Shown in pieces: positions 30,853 through 41,168 of a stretch of DNA of 64,000 nucleotides. Every line of letters begins with the position of its first letter. Position 1 is the first letter of the stretch. Below the pieces are notes generated by a model, which was not told the DNA's origin, made no database searches, and saw only the letters and a list, made by a program, of their open reading frames with translations. Origin of the DNA: Bacteriovoracaceae bacterium (GTDB lineage Bacteria > Bdellovibrionota > Bacteriovoracia > Bacteriovoracales > Bacteriovoracaceae); assembly GCA_048270185.1 (NCBI GenBank), contig JBLWTJ010000001.1, positions 1,184,001-1,248,000 on the forward strand. Reading direction: 5' to 3'. Position numbers and translations under genes: made by a program.

Positions 30853-31653
30853 ATGAAGAAATTATTAACGATTACTTTACTACTATCTCTGTTTAGTTGT
30901 GTTCAACCAACGAACCAAAGAGCAAATTTTAACTCTTCAGGGTCTAACTCTGGTTCAGGCTGGGGAAATAATGGAAACACAGGCGGAGGTTGGGGCACTG
31001 GAAATGGTGACGGCTCTTCAACGGGAGGAGAAGAAACCTCTGATGGTGATGGATACGGTGATGGTAACGAAGGTGGAGTTGCCGACGGAAACCAAACAAC
31101 TGACTACTACACAATTGAAGGCATCTCAATTCACGGTACTGAAGGTAGAACAGTGAATGGGCCACTATGGTCAACAACAATGCTTGGTGAAGGTGATCAA
31201 TCAATCATGTATTCAAATACGCGATTCAATATTCGCGTTCGTCCTCGTTCAGCTCCTCCAAGAGGAGAATCTGATTCAGCGGGAGAGACATGTCAATACG
31301 TGGCCAACCCATATAAGAAATTAAAAATAAAGCTATGCCTAAGAAAAGCGGGCTCTAGTTGTGATTACACAAAGACTGTTACTTTTGGAGATATTGCTGT
31401 TGATCAAGTATCAAAAGTTAAGGAATTTACAAATTTACCAGTTACAAATGAACCACTTATTCTTGATATTTTAAGTGTTCAATGGGATTACGCTTGTCAA
31501 AATTATCTTGATCAAGGCTATAGCAGTGATGATCCTGTCATTGATGGCTACTGCCCAATGGGAAATATCTGGCGTACAAGTTGTGCGGCCTTTGATATTC
31601 AGTTTTCTACTGATATCACTAAAGACTTCCCTCCAACTGCACCAAGAATCTAA
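30853..31653 (+). CDS. Lipoprotein with Gly-rich linker and 6-Cys domain
   Basis: Lipobox LFSC, G/N/D-rich linker, six further Cys; GAGGA RBS. Confidence 0.75.
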   Translation: MKKLLTITLLLSLFSCVQPTNQRANFNSSGSNSGSGWGNNGNTGGGWGTGNGDGSSTGGEETSDGDGYGDGNEGGVADGNQTTDYYTIEGISIHGTEGRTVNGPLWSTTMLGEGDQSIMYSNTRFNIRVRPRSAPPRGESDSAGETCQYVANPYKKLKIKLCLRKAGSSCDYTKTVTFGDIAVDQVSKVKEFTNLPVTNEPLILDILSVQWDYACQNYLDQGYSSDDPVIDGYCPMGNIWRTSCAAFDIQFSTDITKDFPPTAPRI

Positions 31654-32595
31654 TTATTTAAATAACTCAAGTGCGAGGTTTCTTTTCATAGCAGAAGAAA
31701 CCTCCACCATGAGACCTGGACAAGTCACATTAACTTCCGAAACTCGACCACCTAAAATATCAAAAGCAACCAGATCAACACCATCAGCAAGTAAAACTTG
31801 GCAGATTTCTTCACATTCTTTTCGAACGGTATCATCTAATTCCACTGCATGATATTTGGCACCTTGTGCAATGTTGGCAAGATACTCACCTTTATTTGGA
31901 ACCTTTAGAATTGTCCCAAGCTCTTTTGCTTGATAGAAAATTGCGCGAATTTCACCGTCATAAACAGACTGATCGAACTCTTGAACAACAACGGGCCCTT
32001 TAAACTCATCGCATTTGGCCTTAAAACGGCCTTTAAACTCGTCCACCCCTATTTTCTCAACACCAATTCCTTGAAATAGGTCAAGAGGCTTTAAAATCAA
32101 TTCTCGCACGCCTCGTGCGACTAATTTTTCAACGAATAAAAGAGCTCCTGATAATGATGTTCCAACATAGCTATTAAGGCTTGCTTCTCTTAAATATGCT
32201 TCAAGCTTCTCATTGTGTTTCATGATACCGATTGGATTATTTAAGATTGTTACTTGTGCCTGCTTTTGTAAGAAGTCCAACATCCAAAGATATCGCTGAT
32301 AGCGAGAGTCATATGGAGGATCAATTCGCATATGGATTGTTGTATTCTGATCAATTGAAACTGAAGTTGATTCTGACTCTAGTTTAAAGTCATCAATATA
32401 AAAACTTTCATTGATCTTACCTGTGATCTTATAACAATCAAATTTGATACTTGATGCATTTTGAATATAGAAATCTTCTTCAAAGACAACATAAACATCC
32501 TCACCTCTTTCTTGAAGAGTTAGAGCGATAAGAATCGTTGAGTCTTTTTTTGTTACGAGTTTTTCAATTGGGTCGATAAAGAATAGATGTTTCAT
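31654..32595 (-). CDS. gshB: Glutathione synthetase
   Basis: FFIDP..KKDST, MRIDPPYD, NEKL, KPLD..G, EVNVTCP. Confidence 0.9.
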   Translation of the reverse strand: MKHLFFIDPIEKLVTKKDSTILIALTLQERGEDVYVVFEEDFYIQNASSIKFDCYKITGKINESFYIDDFKLESESTSVSIDQNTTIHMRIDPPYDSRYQRYLWMLDFLQKQAQVTILNNPIGIMKHNEKLEAYLREASLNSYVGTSLSGALLFVEKLVARGVRELILKPLDLFQGIGVEKIGVDEFKGRFKAKCDEFKGPVVVQEFDQSVYDGEIRAIFYQAKELGTILKVPNKGEYLANIAQGAKYHAVELDDTVRKECEEICQVLLADGVDLVAFDILGGRVSEVNVTCPGLMVEVSSAMKRNLALELFK

Positions 32596-32618
32596 ATCAA
32601 AAAGATAGCACTAGCGAG

Positions 32619-33662
32619 CTAAAGTTCAAATAGAAATTTAGCAAAGCTCATATCTTCTTGTGATGAAATATCTGAGTCCTGATATTCTTCATACTTCGCG
32701 TTAATATTCGCAAATAACTTTTTGAGATCTCCATCAAATTTCTTGGCATAGTCATTGATTTTAGACTGGTCTTTTTCATAGGTCATAAATGCTGCAAGAC
32801 TTGCATTATTCCACTGCATCTTTGAAGGCCAACAATATTCGACCTTAAGTTTATGACAAAGTTGCGCTAGTTGTTCAGGCATAGTTTTTGTTAAGTAGAC
32901 ATTCTTCTTCTTTTGCCAGTCTTCTTCTTTTAGAATTTCCTTCAACTGATTAGCATGTTTGGTCACAGCTTGTTTAAGAGTATTATTCACCTTAAGGTTT
33001 TCAAAGTACCTTTTAAGGTCTTTATCCTTTGTGTAGTACTCAATGAGCATTTGTTTAGCAAAGTAATTAGCAAGGTTCTCATTGAAATCCACTTCGTCTT
33101 TGGCAAAGAAAATAGTATGAAAAAGTTCATGAAAGACAGTCTCTGTTAGACTGTACTTTCCATACTCAAAAAATGAAGAAAGAATTGGATCATCAAGATT
33201 ACCTAAAGTCGAATAAGCTAAGACGTCACGGGTATAAGTTTCATAACCCTGCTTTTCTAAATCCATGGCAAATTCTTTTGCCGACTCCTCTTTAAAAAAA
33301 CCAAGATATGGAAAACAGCCATAAAAAGTAAAACACTCCTTACGTGGCTTTATCTCATTTGGTTTTGATGCAATCACCAAGTAAGTAACCGCCCTTGATT
33401 TTAAAAGCGTCGTTTTTGAATAAATATCACTGGGTTCTCTATTCCAATATTCATAGAAGTACTTTTTATAAGTCTCAACTTGCTTAATTTTATCTTTAAA
33501 TTTGTCACTTACATTTGGATCTTTTAAAACTTCTTCATTATCTCGAGCGCTCCATAGAATATTAATTTGTCCAAGACCTTGCTGTGTTAAGTAGCTGATC
33601 TTGGCACAAGAAATACACGTAACTATTGGAAATAAAAGAAGAAATCTCTTTAGAACATCCAT
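32619..33662 (-). CDS. Putative zinc aminopeptidase lipoprotein
   Basis: Lipobox-like CISC, GCFPYLGFF, AYSTLG..DP, FHELFH (HExxH), FNENLA. Confidence 0.8.
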   Translation of the reverse strand: MDVLKRFLLLFPIVTCISCAKISYLTQQGLGQINILWSARDNEEVLKDPNVSDKFKDKIKQVETYKKYFYEYWNREPSDIYSKTTLLKSRAVTYLVIASKPNEIKPRKECFTFYGCFPYLGFFKEESAKEFAMDLEKQGYETYTRDVLAYSTLGNLDDPILSSFFEYGKYSLTETVFHELFHTIFFAKDEVDFNENLANYFAKQMLIEYYTKDKDLKRYFENLKVNNTLKQAVTKHANQLKEILKEEDWQKKKNVYLTKTMPEQLAQLCHKLKVEYCWPSKMQWNNASLAAFMTYEKDQSKINDYAKKFDGDLKKLFANINAKYEEYQDSDISSQEDMSFAKFLFEL

Positions 33663-34291
33663 GAGAATCCAGCACTATAACTTAGACGATCCCTCGCTTC
33701 ACCAAATTCAAAAGCGCGGAAAACCGTTTTAACAGAGCCCTTTAGAGCAAGTGTTTGTGTGATTCTAAACTTTAGAGCAAAGGCTGCAAACATTGCATCA
33801 TAACTCGATTTCTCTTCACCTGAATCAATTAAAATATCTTCTGGCGCATCAAGGTCTTTAACTAGAGTCTTAGATCTTAGTGTATAGATTTGACGACTCC
33901 ACCCTAGCGAGATGAGTGGTTGAAAGAAAGACTTTCGACTTGCGAAAGCTTGGCGTATCCCTACACCGAAACTTTGAGTCGTAATATTTGTCGACTCATT
34001 ATCAATAACAAGTCCCGTTGTTACTCCAGTATTATTATATTTTCCAAAGATTTCATTCTCTGTTTGAGACATATTGAATTCAATCCCTGTTAAAGTCATG
34101 AAGTAAAAAGTAATCGACCCACCGTAAGAGCGAGTTCGGTCATATGATTGCCTACTTGCTCCGTATAAATCTTTACTATAGCTAAAGTCAAAGTCCAGCT
34201 CAGTAAAGGCCTGTGCCCATTGAGCGACAAGACAACAAATTAATAGGAATGGAATTCGATAAATTTTTTGTAAGTACATAAATATCCTCAT
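33650..34291 (-). CDS. Small outer-membrane beta-barrel protein
   Basis: Signal ending AQA, amphipathic strands, C-terminal YSAGFSWMF. Confidence 0.65.
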   Translation of the reverse strand: MRIFMYLQKIYRIPFLLICCLVAQWAQAFTELDFDFSYSKDLYGASRQSYDRTRSYGGSITFYFMTLTGIEFNMSQTENEIFGKYNNTGVTTGLVIDNESTNITTQSFGVGIRQAFASRKSFFQPLISLGWSRQIYTLRSKTLVKDLDAPEDILIDSGEEKSSYDAMFAAFALKFRITQTLALKGSVKTVFRAFEFGEARDRLSYSAGFSWMF

Positions 34292-34354
34292 GGATATTTT
34301 ACTACTTAAAAGCGTTTTAAAATCTATTTAGGCAAAATGTCCTACTTACAGGTG

Positions 34355-35848
34355 TTACTGAAGTCTGCGACCAAGATCCTGAAGAAGTTCACCCTGACAT
34401 GATAGAGCTGTTGTGGAAGTACACTTCACATCAACCCAATGCCATTTTAGATTTGTATCCCCTAAAGATTCTGGTGCTTTAAAGTGAATTAGACGATTAC
34501 AATTTGTTCTTCCCTTCCACTTTGTTTCACCCTTCATCGTATTTTGACCTTCTACTAGAACGCGATAAGTCTTACCAACCATTGTTGCACGTATCTTTTC
34601 TTGGATTGCTAATTGAAAAGCCTGTACTTCATGAAGACGGCTCTTTCTAATTTCTTGAGAAAGGAAATCTTCCATTTTAGCGGCACGAGTCTTACTTCTT
34701 TGTGAGTAAACATATGAATAAATGAAATCAAACTGCGCTCTTTCTAATAAATCGAGGGTATCTTTATGCTCTTCATCTGTTTCATTTACGAAACCACAGA
34801 TAATATCAGTCGAAAGAACGATCTCAGGTTGGGCCTTACGTAGTTTTTCCAGAAGCCCTAAGTAATGCTCTTTTGTATACTCACGATTCATTCTTTGAAG
34901 AACTGTATTTGAACCAGACTGTACTGGTAAGTGAAGGTGCTTTGATAATTTCTTTGCACTTCCATGGGCCGCAATTAGGTCATCAGAGACATCGTAAGGA
35001 TGAGAAGTTGTGTATCTTAAAATTTCAAGGCCATTAATTTGATCGAGATCCATAATAAGATCAGATAGCCTTTCGCCATTTTCCTTACCAAATGAATTTA
35101 CGTTTTGACCAAGAAGCATAACTTCTTGAATACCTTGATATTCAACTAATCTTCTTACGTCCTCGACAATTTCAGATTGCTTACGTGATCTTTCTCTTCC
35201 TCGAGTGTATGGAACAATACAGTAAGTACAATATTTATCACAACCTTTGATAATATTAACGAAAGCTTGTGGAGTACCGTGATTGATTTTTGTTTCAATT
35301 GAAAAATTTGATGATCGATCCCAAGTGTTTACTGAGAATTTATCGTCACCAGCATAAGTTCGATAAACCATATCGTTAATTGTATCAATCGTATCTGGAC
35401 CGAAGGCAAAGTTTAGGTGCTTGAATTTTTTGACGAGGTCTTTCCCTTCTGTTTGGGCAACACATCCCCCAACCCCAACGACAAGATCATCACCTTTTTT
35501 CTGTTTAAGGTGCTTTAATTCGCCAAGTTGTGAATAAAATTTATTATTTGCTAACTCGCGAACCGCACATGTATTGAAAAGTACTAAGTTCGACTCCTCT
35601 AAATTTTCGGTATGAGTGAAGTTAAGAGTCTTTAAGTGGGAAAGAATTCTTTCAGAATCATGATAATTCATCTGACAGCCGTATGTTTTCATCCAAACTT
35701 TACGAGGTGGGAAGTCCACATCTCCTAAACGAACAATTCTTTCTCCACTTTTTTCATCAATAAATGATGTCATTTCGTGATTCTGCTTACTTACGCCAAG
35801 TCCAGTTGGATTTGTTTCAGTTTCATTAATCGTTGTCGTCGTTGTCAT
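34355..35848 (-). CDS. miaB: tRNA-i6A37 methylthiotransferase
   Basis: TYGCQMN, NTCAVRE, CDKYCTYC radical-SAM motif, HLPVQSG, TRAM-like tail. Confidence 0.96.
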   Translation of the reverse strand: MTTTTTINETETNPTGLGVSKQNHEMTSFIDEKSGERIVRLGDVDFPPRKVWMKTYGCQMNYHDSERILSHLKTLNFTHTENLEESNLVLFNTCAVRELANNKFYSQLGELKHLKQKKGDDLVVGVGGCVAQTEGKDLVKKFKHLNFAFGPDTIDTINDMVYRTYAGDDKFSVNTWDRSSNFSIETKINHGTPQAFVNIIKGCDKYCTYCIVPYTRGRERSRKQSEIVEDVRRLVEYQGIQEVMLLGQNVNSFGKENGERLSDLIMDLDQINGLEILRYTTSHPYDVSDDLIAAHGSAKKLSKHLHLPVQSGSNTVLQRMNREYTKEHYLGLLEKLRKAQPEIVLSTDIICGFVNETDEEHKDTLDLLERAQFDFIYSYVYSQRSKTRAAKMEDFLSQEIRKSRLHEVQAFQLAIQEKIRATMVGKTYRVLVEGQNTMKGETKWKGRTNCNRLIHFKAPESLGDTNLKWHWVDVKCTSTTALSCQGELLQDLGRRLQ

Positions 35849-36113
35849 GACTGGCCTCTTGATTTACGTTTTGTCTAAAACTAGCGCCTAACCCACGGGG
35901 TATTTTTAAATGATCATATAGTGTAAGTTATTGAAATAAGGAAAAAGCCGAGCAGAAAGCTACAGATAAAGCACCTGTAAGTAACTGAAATTACTGTTTT
36001 TTTCTTATCGTTACAGCTATAAAATCTGGCGATAATTTATGAGTTTTTAATTCTTTCTTGAGGTGATTTTTATGCGCTTTTGCGCAAAATGTAAATGAAA
36101 ACAGATAGTTTTG

Positions 36114-36142
36114 AAAAAAAGAAAAGGCCCGCAAAGCGGGCC
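36114..36142 (-). terminator. Intrinsic terminator of the histone-like gene
   Basis: GGCCCGC-AAA-GCGGGCC with a long U-tract on the minus strand. Confidence 0.85.
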
Positions 36143-36172
36143 CTAACTTATTAATCAGAATAGTATTTCTAC

Positions 36173-36616
36173 TTATTTCTTCTTAGCAACTTTTTTAGTA
36201 GTTTTCTTAGCTACTTTCTTAGTTGCTTTCTTTGCAGTAGCTTTCTTTGCAACTTTTTTAGTTGCTTTCTTAGCTACTTTTTTCTTAGTAGCTTTCTTTG
36301 CTACTTTTTTTGTAGCTTTTTTAGCTACTTTTTTCTTAGTTGCTTTCTTAGCTACTTTTTTCTTTGTAGCTTTCTTTGCAACTTTCTTAGTTGCTTTCTT
36401 TGCTACTTTTTTCTTTGTAGCCTTCTTTGCAACTTTCTTAGTTGCTTTCTTTGCTACTTTCTTTGTAGCTTTCTTAGCAACTTTTTTCTTTGTAGCTTTT
36501 TTAGCTACTTTTTTCTTTGTAGCTTTCTTTGTTGTTTTCTTAGCTACTTTTTTTGTAGCTTTTTTAGCTACTTTTTTCTTAGTTGTCTTTTTAGTAGTTT
36601 TCTTTTTAACTGCCAT
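36173..36616 (-). CDS. Histone H1-like/Hc2-like basic nucleoid protein
   Basis: 147 aa made only of K/A/T/V after Met; about 15 (K)KKVAKKAT-type units; AGGAGG RBS before ATG 36616. Confidence 0.85.
   Translation of the reverse strand: MAVKKKTTKKTTKKKVAKKATKKVAKKTTKKATKKKVAKKATKKKVAKKATKKVAKKATKKVAKKATKKKVAKKATKKVAKKATKKKVAKKATKKKVAKKATKKVAKKATKKKVAKKATKKVAKKATAKKATKKVAKKTTKKVAKKK
36176..36606 (-). repeat. Coding tandem repeat of 24/27-bp degenerate units
   Basis: Units such as ttagctacttttttcttagttgctttc with synonymous variation; encode KKVAKKAT(K). Confidence 0.9.
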
Positions 36617-36739
36617 TGACATCCTCCTGGTTTTTTCAATACTTATATTTATGGTAAACATTATTTTATTTGTGTGCAAACAAAAAATAACATTTTGATT
36701 AGCATAAGTATCTTTTTTATTTCCCTATGTTCTTTTTTA

Positions 36740-36767
36740 ACTTCGGACTAATCTTGAAATTACTTTA
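36740..36767 (-). promoter_or_regulatory. Putative sigma28 (FliA) promoter of the histone-like gene
   Basis: Minus strand TAAA-N16-TCCGAAGT, same spacing as the other sites in the window. Confidence 0.5.
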
Positions 36768-36922
36768 CATTATTTTTAAAGAAAACGTTGAAACTAGCCG
36801 ACAGCAAGGCTTTTAGAAAAAACACAAAACTTTGTAATCTTCCTGATAGACGTTAGTTTCGAGCTTACTCTTTAAAAAAATTTAACCGAAATTTTTTTTC
36901 ATTTTTTTTTGAAAGAATAAGC

Positions 36923-36947
36923 AAAAACTGCCCTTTCAGGGCAGTTT
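36923..36947 (-). terminator. Intrinsic terminator of clpSA
   Basis: AAACTGCCCT-TTC-AGGGCAGTTT with a U-tract on the minus strand. Confidence 0.8.
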
Positions 36948-36984
36948 CAACATTCTAAAAATGACTTTTTGATTGTATTTTTTG

Positions 36985-39327
36985 TTAGAAATTTAATTTT
37001 AGATCATCATTTTCAATAGTAACTTCAATTTTTCCGCCACCAGTAAGTTTTCCAAATAGAACTTCCGTCGAAATTGGCTTCTTAAGCTTCTGATCGATGA
37101 TTCGAGCGATTGGTCGAGCCCCCATTTTCTCATCAAAACCATTTTCCGCAAGCCATATTTTTGCTTCTTCAGTTAAAACGATCTCAATATTCTTGGCCGC
37201 TAACTTAACTTCTAGCTGGGAAACAAATTTTTCTACGATTTTTACGATATATTCAGTAGAAAGTTTATCAAAATGGACAATTCCATCGAGTCTATTTCTA
37301 AATTCAGGGCTAAAAAAGTTCTTAATAGTCTGATCTCTCTTACCAATATTCTTATTATTTGCCTTTGCCAGACCAATGGAGCCACTGTCCATCTCTTTTG
37401 CGCCAGCATTTGTTGTCATTATTATGACAGTATTAGTGAAGTCAGTTGTTCTCCCTTGTGAATCAGTAAGAGAACCATGGTCCATAACTTGCAGAAGAAT
37501 ATTATAAATATCAACATGGGCCTTCTCAATTTCATCTAACAAGAGAACAGAATGTGGGTTTTTCTTAACAGCATCTGTTAATAATCCACCTTGATCGTGA
37601 CCGATATAACCAGGAGGTGAACCAATTAACTTACTAACTGAGTGCTTCTCCATATATTCTGACATATCAAAGCGCTCTAAGTGACAACCTAATTGGAATG
37701 ATAATTGCTTTGCAAGTTCTGTCTTACCAACACCAGTAGGTCCTGCAAATAAGAAACTAGCAATTGGCTTACCTTCATCACCTAGTCCAGATTTTGACAT
37801 GTAAATTGCTTGTGAAACTTCTTTTACTGCATGATCTTGGCCAAAAATTAGCATTTTTAGATTCTTTTCAAGATCTTTTAGCTTATCTTTTTCTGTTGTT
37901 TCAACAGTTAGCTTTGGAATATTGGCCATCTTTGCAACGACATCTTCAATATCTTTCTTAGTAATTGAAGCTTTCTTCTTACTCTCCGGTCTAATTTGAT
38001 TTAAAGCTCCCGCTTCATCAATGGCATCAATTGATTTGTCAGGGTTCTTTTTATCCATCAAGTAACGTGACGTTAGGGCCACTGCTTGCTTGATTACAGC
38101 GTCCGATATCTTAATTCCGTGATAATCTTCAAATTTTGGTCTCAGACCTTTTAAAATGGCAATAGTATCTTCATTTGAAGGCTCATCAACATCAATCTTT
38201 TGGAATCGACGATTAAAGGCCGGATCTTTTTCGATAAATTTTCGATGTTCAGCATATGTTGTCGATCCAATCACTCGAACAACGCCACGACTTAAGGCAG
38301 GCTTTAATAAGTTAGAAGCATCCATACTTCCACCTGAAGTTGCTCCTGCTCCCATCACGGTATGCATTTCATCGATGAAAAGAATTGCTTTCTTTCCATC
38401 TTTATCTAATTTTTCAAGATCATTAATGACACCTTTTACTCTTTGCTCAAAATCTCCACGAAATTTTGCCCCTGCAACTAAGGCGGCCATATCAAGATTA
38501 AAGATTGTCGTCTCTTTTAAAATATCAGGTACCTTATCTTCCACAATTCTTTGAGCAAGTCCTTCGACAATGGCAGTCTTACCAACTCCTGCTTCACCTA
38601 CAAGAAGCGGGTTATTTTTACGACGGCGGCATAGAATTTGAACAATTCTCATGGCCTCATCTTCTCTTCCCACTAGTGGGTCGATACGATTTTCACGGGC
38701 CTGCTCATTTAAGTTAACTGTGAATTTGGCAAGGAAAGAGTCACCTTTCTTAGATCGAGACTGAACTTCCTCTCCCTCTACATATTCAATTTTTTTAATT
38801 TCATCTTCTTCACTATCTCCCTCTTCAGAAATTCCATGAGAGATCGCTTTAACAACATCAAAACGTTCAATACCTTGTTTCTTTAGCGCATATAATGCAA
38901 AGCTCTCTTTTTCTTGGAAAAGAGAGACAAGTAGGTTGATTCCTAGAATTTGACTCTTACCACTTGATTGAACATGAATCGCGGCCCTTTGAATAACTCT
39001 TTGAAGCGACATGGAAATTTCTGGTTGATAAGTAATTCCATTTTCTCGAGCAAGCTCCCTTAGCTCTTCATTTACAAATTGCTGCCTTGAAAGAGACTCA
39101 ATTTGGTCATCGCTTAGAATACTAAAGTTGGATTCATCGTGGATGAAATCATTAAGCTCATGTTCCATGACTTCAATATCACCACCACAATATTCAATCA
39201 CTCCCCTAACATTATCATCAGCAAGTAGTGACAGGAGTACATTTTCGAGAGTTAAATACTCATGCTTAAGAGTATTGGCCCTTTGAATGGACTCATTAAT
39301 GATGGTTTCTAATTTTTTTGACATCAT
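36985..39327 (-). CDS. clpA: Clp protease ATP-binding subunit ClpA
   Basis: Two AAA modules (GEAGVGKT, GPTGVGKT), RFDMSEY, no middle coiled coil; downstream of clpS. Confidence 0.96.
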   Translation of the reverse strand: MMSKKLETIINESIQRANTLKHEYLTLENVLLSLLADDNVRGVIEYCGGDIEVMEHELNDFIHDESNFSILSDDQIESLSRQQFVNEELRELARENGITYQPEISMSLQRVIQRAAIHVQSSGKSQILGINLLVSLFQEKESFALYALKKQGIERFDVVKAISHGISEEGDSEEDEIKKIEYVEGEEVQSRSKKGDSFLAKFTVNLNEQARENRIDPLVGREDEAMRIVQILCRRRKNNPLLVGEAGVGKTAIVEGLAQRIVEDKVPDILKETTIFNLDMAALVAGAKFRGDFEQRVKGVINDLEKLDKDGKKAILFIDEMHTVMGAGATSGGSMDASNLLKPALSRGVVRVIGSTTYAEHRKFIEKDPAFNRRFQKIDVDEPSNEDTIAILKGLRPKFEDYHGIKISDAVIKQAVALTSRYLMDKKNPDKSIDAIDEAGALNQIRPESKKKASITKKDIEDVVAKMANIPKLTVETTEKDKLKDLEKNLKMLIFGQDHAVKEVSQAIYMSKSGLGDEGKPIASFLFAGPTGVGKTELAKQLSFQLGCHLERFDMSEYMEKHSVSKLIGSPPGYIGHDQGGLLTDAVKKNPHSVLLLDEIEKAHVDIYNILLQVMDHGSLTDSQGRTTDFTNTVIIMTTNAGAKEMDSGSIGLAKANNKNIGKRDQTIKNFFSPEFRNRLDGIVHFDKLSTEYIVKIVEKFVSQLEVKLAAKNIEIVLTEEAKIWLAENGFDEKMGARPIARIIDQKLKKPISTEVLFGKLTGGGKIEVTIENDDLKLNF

Positions 39328-39344
39328 TTGTTTTTCTCCTGTGT

Positions 39345-39701
39345 CTATTCAGGTTCTACAGTACAAAGTAGAGGGTGGCCTTCTTTCTTGGCTTCACTCA
39401 TGACTTTATTCATTTTTGTTTCAGCAACTTCATATGAATATGTGCCACACACTCCACGGCCATTATTATGGACATCAAGCATTATCTGCATTGCCTCTTC
39501 CTGGCCTTTATTAAAAATATGCATCAATACCCAAATGACAAATTCCATCGTCGTATAATCGTCATTATGTAGTATGACGTGGTATTTTGCTGGTTTTTTA
39601 ACCTTAACTTTATCAGCAAGTGCTACATCACCATCTTCTTCAGTACTAAAGATGGTAGCAAACTTATTCTTGTCAATACTGCTGTTTTCATTCCAATTCA
39701 A
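39345..39701 (-). CDS. clpS: N-degron adaptor ClpS
   Basis: YHVILHNDDYTTMEFV, IMLDVH..G, HPLLC. Confidence 0.96.
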   Translation of the reverse strand: MNWNENSSIDKNKFATIFSTEEDGDVALADKVKVKKPAKYHVILHNDDYTTMEFVIWVLMHIFNKGQEEAMQIMLDVHNNGRGVCGTYSYEVAETKMNKVMSEAKKEGHPLLCTVEPE

Positions 39702-39806
39702 TTTATCCCCACTTGCCTTGCGTATTTATCTTCATTTCTATTATCGCTTATCTGTGCTAGTCTTTTCAAGTTGTATACGAGTGAATTTCGCTAAAAAAGG
39801 TCAACT

Positions 39807-40313
39807 ATGAACTTCTTCGATTTTTTCAAAACTAATAAGAAAACTGATTCAATTAACCAAATTCATACCTATCTCAATGAGAACTTCCCAGAATTAGGCG
39901 ATGAACGCAAGGTAATCCTCTCATGTTTTGCAGGACTTTTGGCCCGCGTTGCTTATAGTGACTTAAAAATCTCACAATCAGAGAAGAATGAAATGAAAAA
40001 GATACTTTGTGAAGTGGCTCACTTAAAAGAGGATGAGGCCAGGCACATTAGTGAATATGCCCTTCATAAGATGAAGGAATTATCGGGTATGGATACTCGT
40101 AGTTATTGTAAACCACTTGTTGATATTCTATCAGCAGATGAGCGTTATAAAATTTTAAAGGCACTCTTTGCAATTGCTGCGGCCGATGGTGAAGTCGATA
40201 ATATTGAAACAAATGAAATTAGTTATATTGCCAATGCTCTAGTTCTCGAGAAAAAATATTTTCTGAGCGCGCAAGCTGATGTACGTGAGTATTTAAAAAC
40301 TTTTCAACTTTAA
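39807..40313 (+). CDS. TerB-like family protein
   Basis: LLARVAYSD..SE and LFAIAAADG...E repeats. Confidence 0.8.
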   Translation: MNFFDFFKTNKKTDSINQIHTYLNENFPELGDERKVILSCFAGLLARVAYSDLKISQSEKNEMKKILCEVAHLKEDEARHISEYALHKMKELSGMDTRSYCKPLVDILSADERYKILKALFAIAAADGEVDNIETNEISYIANALVLEKKYFLSAQADVREYLKTFQL

Positions 40314-40361
40314 AAGTATTTCCTACACTTAAATAGATAACTATTTAAAACAAGGAAGTTT

Positions 40362-41063
40362 ATGAAGCTAAATACTGGTGAGACGCAGGCCCGTAATGAT
40401 GATTTTAAAGGTAATTTCAACTTTTCATCACTACTAGAAAAGAATGAAAAGAAAGCTGCCCAAAACCCTATCTCAAGTCTACTTCAATCAACAACTCAAA
40501 CTGTCTTAACAGACACCAATGAAGTTGATGAAAGTGACTACAAGAAAGACCAACTTCTAAAGAAAATTGATGATCTTGAAAGAAGATTTGAGACAAAAGA
40601 AGTAAATGAGAAATTTGAAAGATTGGAGTCTCTGCTTCAGTCAATTATAATTAATCAAAGTAATCAGCAAGATTTTCAAAAAAGACTCGAATTAAAGAAG
40701 TCTGACGAAGTTGAAGCGCCACCAATAAATAAGACAACAGTAATTGCAGCCTCGTTGGTTTCAACGGCCCTTATTCTAAGCTCTGTTCTATTATCAATGA
40801 GTAAAAGTTCAGAAGTTAAGAGTGTCGCGCCAGCTCAAGTTGAAAAAGTTGTGAAAAAAGAGTTCCACACACCAATTAAATACTTAAACCTTAGAGCAAC
40901 TCCAAGTACCAAAGGCGAAAAGCTTGAAGTTGTTGCACCAAATACTCGCATTGAAATCATAAAAACAGATGGTGATTGGGTTCAAATTCAATACAAGAAT
41001 TATCTTAGAGACACTCTCCACACTGGTTGGGTTTACGATATCAAAAATTTAAAATCTATTTAA
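40362..41063 (+). CDS. Membrane-anchored bacterial SH3 domain protein
   Basis: Coiled coil, one TM, then LNLRATPS..GDWVQI..GWV. Confidence 0.8.
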   Translation: MKLNTGETQARNDDFKGNFNFSSLLEKNEKKAAQNPISSLLQSTTQTVLTDTNEVDESDYKKDQLLKKIDDLERRFETKEVNEKFERLESLLQSIIINQSNQQDFQKRLELKKSDEVEAPPINKTTVIAASLVSTALILSSVLLSMSKSSEVKSVAPAQVEKVVKKEFHTPIKYLNLRATPSTKGEKLEVVAPNTRIEIIKTDGDWVQIQYKNYLRDTLHTGWVYDIKNLKSI

Positions 41064-41108
41064 AAACAATAGGTTAAGGGAGGTTGTGACTAAGTTCCAC
41101 TTCCCTTA

Positions 41109-41138
41109 CCCTTGACACTCTTGCCTTTGATACCATCT
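41109..41138 (+). promoter_or_regulatory. Putative sigma32-type promoter of fxsA
   Basis: CCCTTGAC-N14-TACCATCT resembles CCCTTGAA-N13-15-CCCCAT; fxsA is a sigma32-regulon gene in E. coli. Confidence 0.5.
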
Positions 41139-41168
41139 TGTTATTACACAATTAATAAATGAGGTATC

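Noticed and set aside
34343..35983. 12-bp inverted repeat (TACTTACAGGTG / CACCTGTAAGTA) flanking miaB as an invertible segment
   Set aside because: 12-mer matches are expected by chance in 64 kb of AT-rich DNA; no recombinase nearby; one copy overlaps an IHF-like site.
36176..36606. Tandem repeats as a CRISPR array
   Set aside because: No unique spacers and no cas genes; variation is synonymous within a protein-coding frame.
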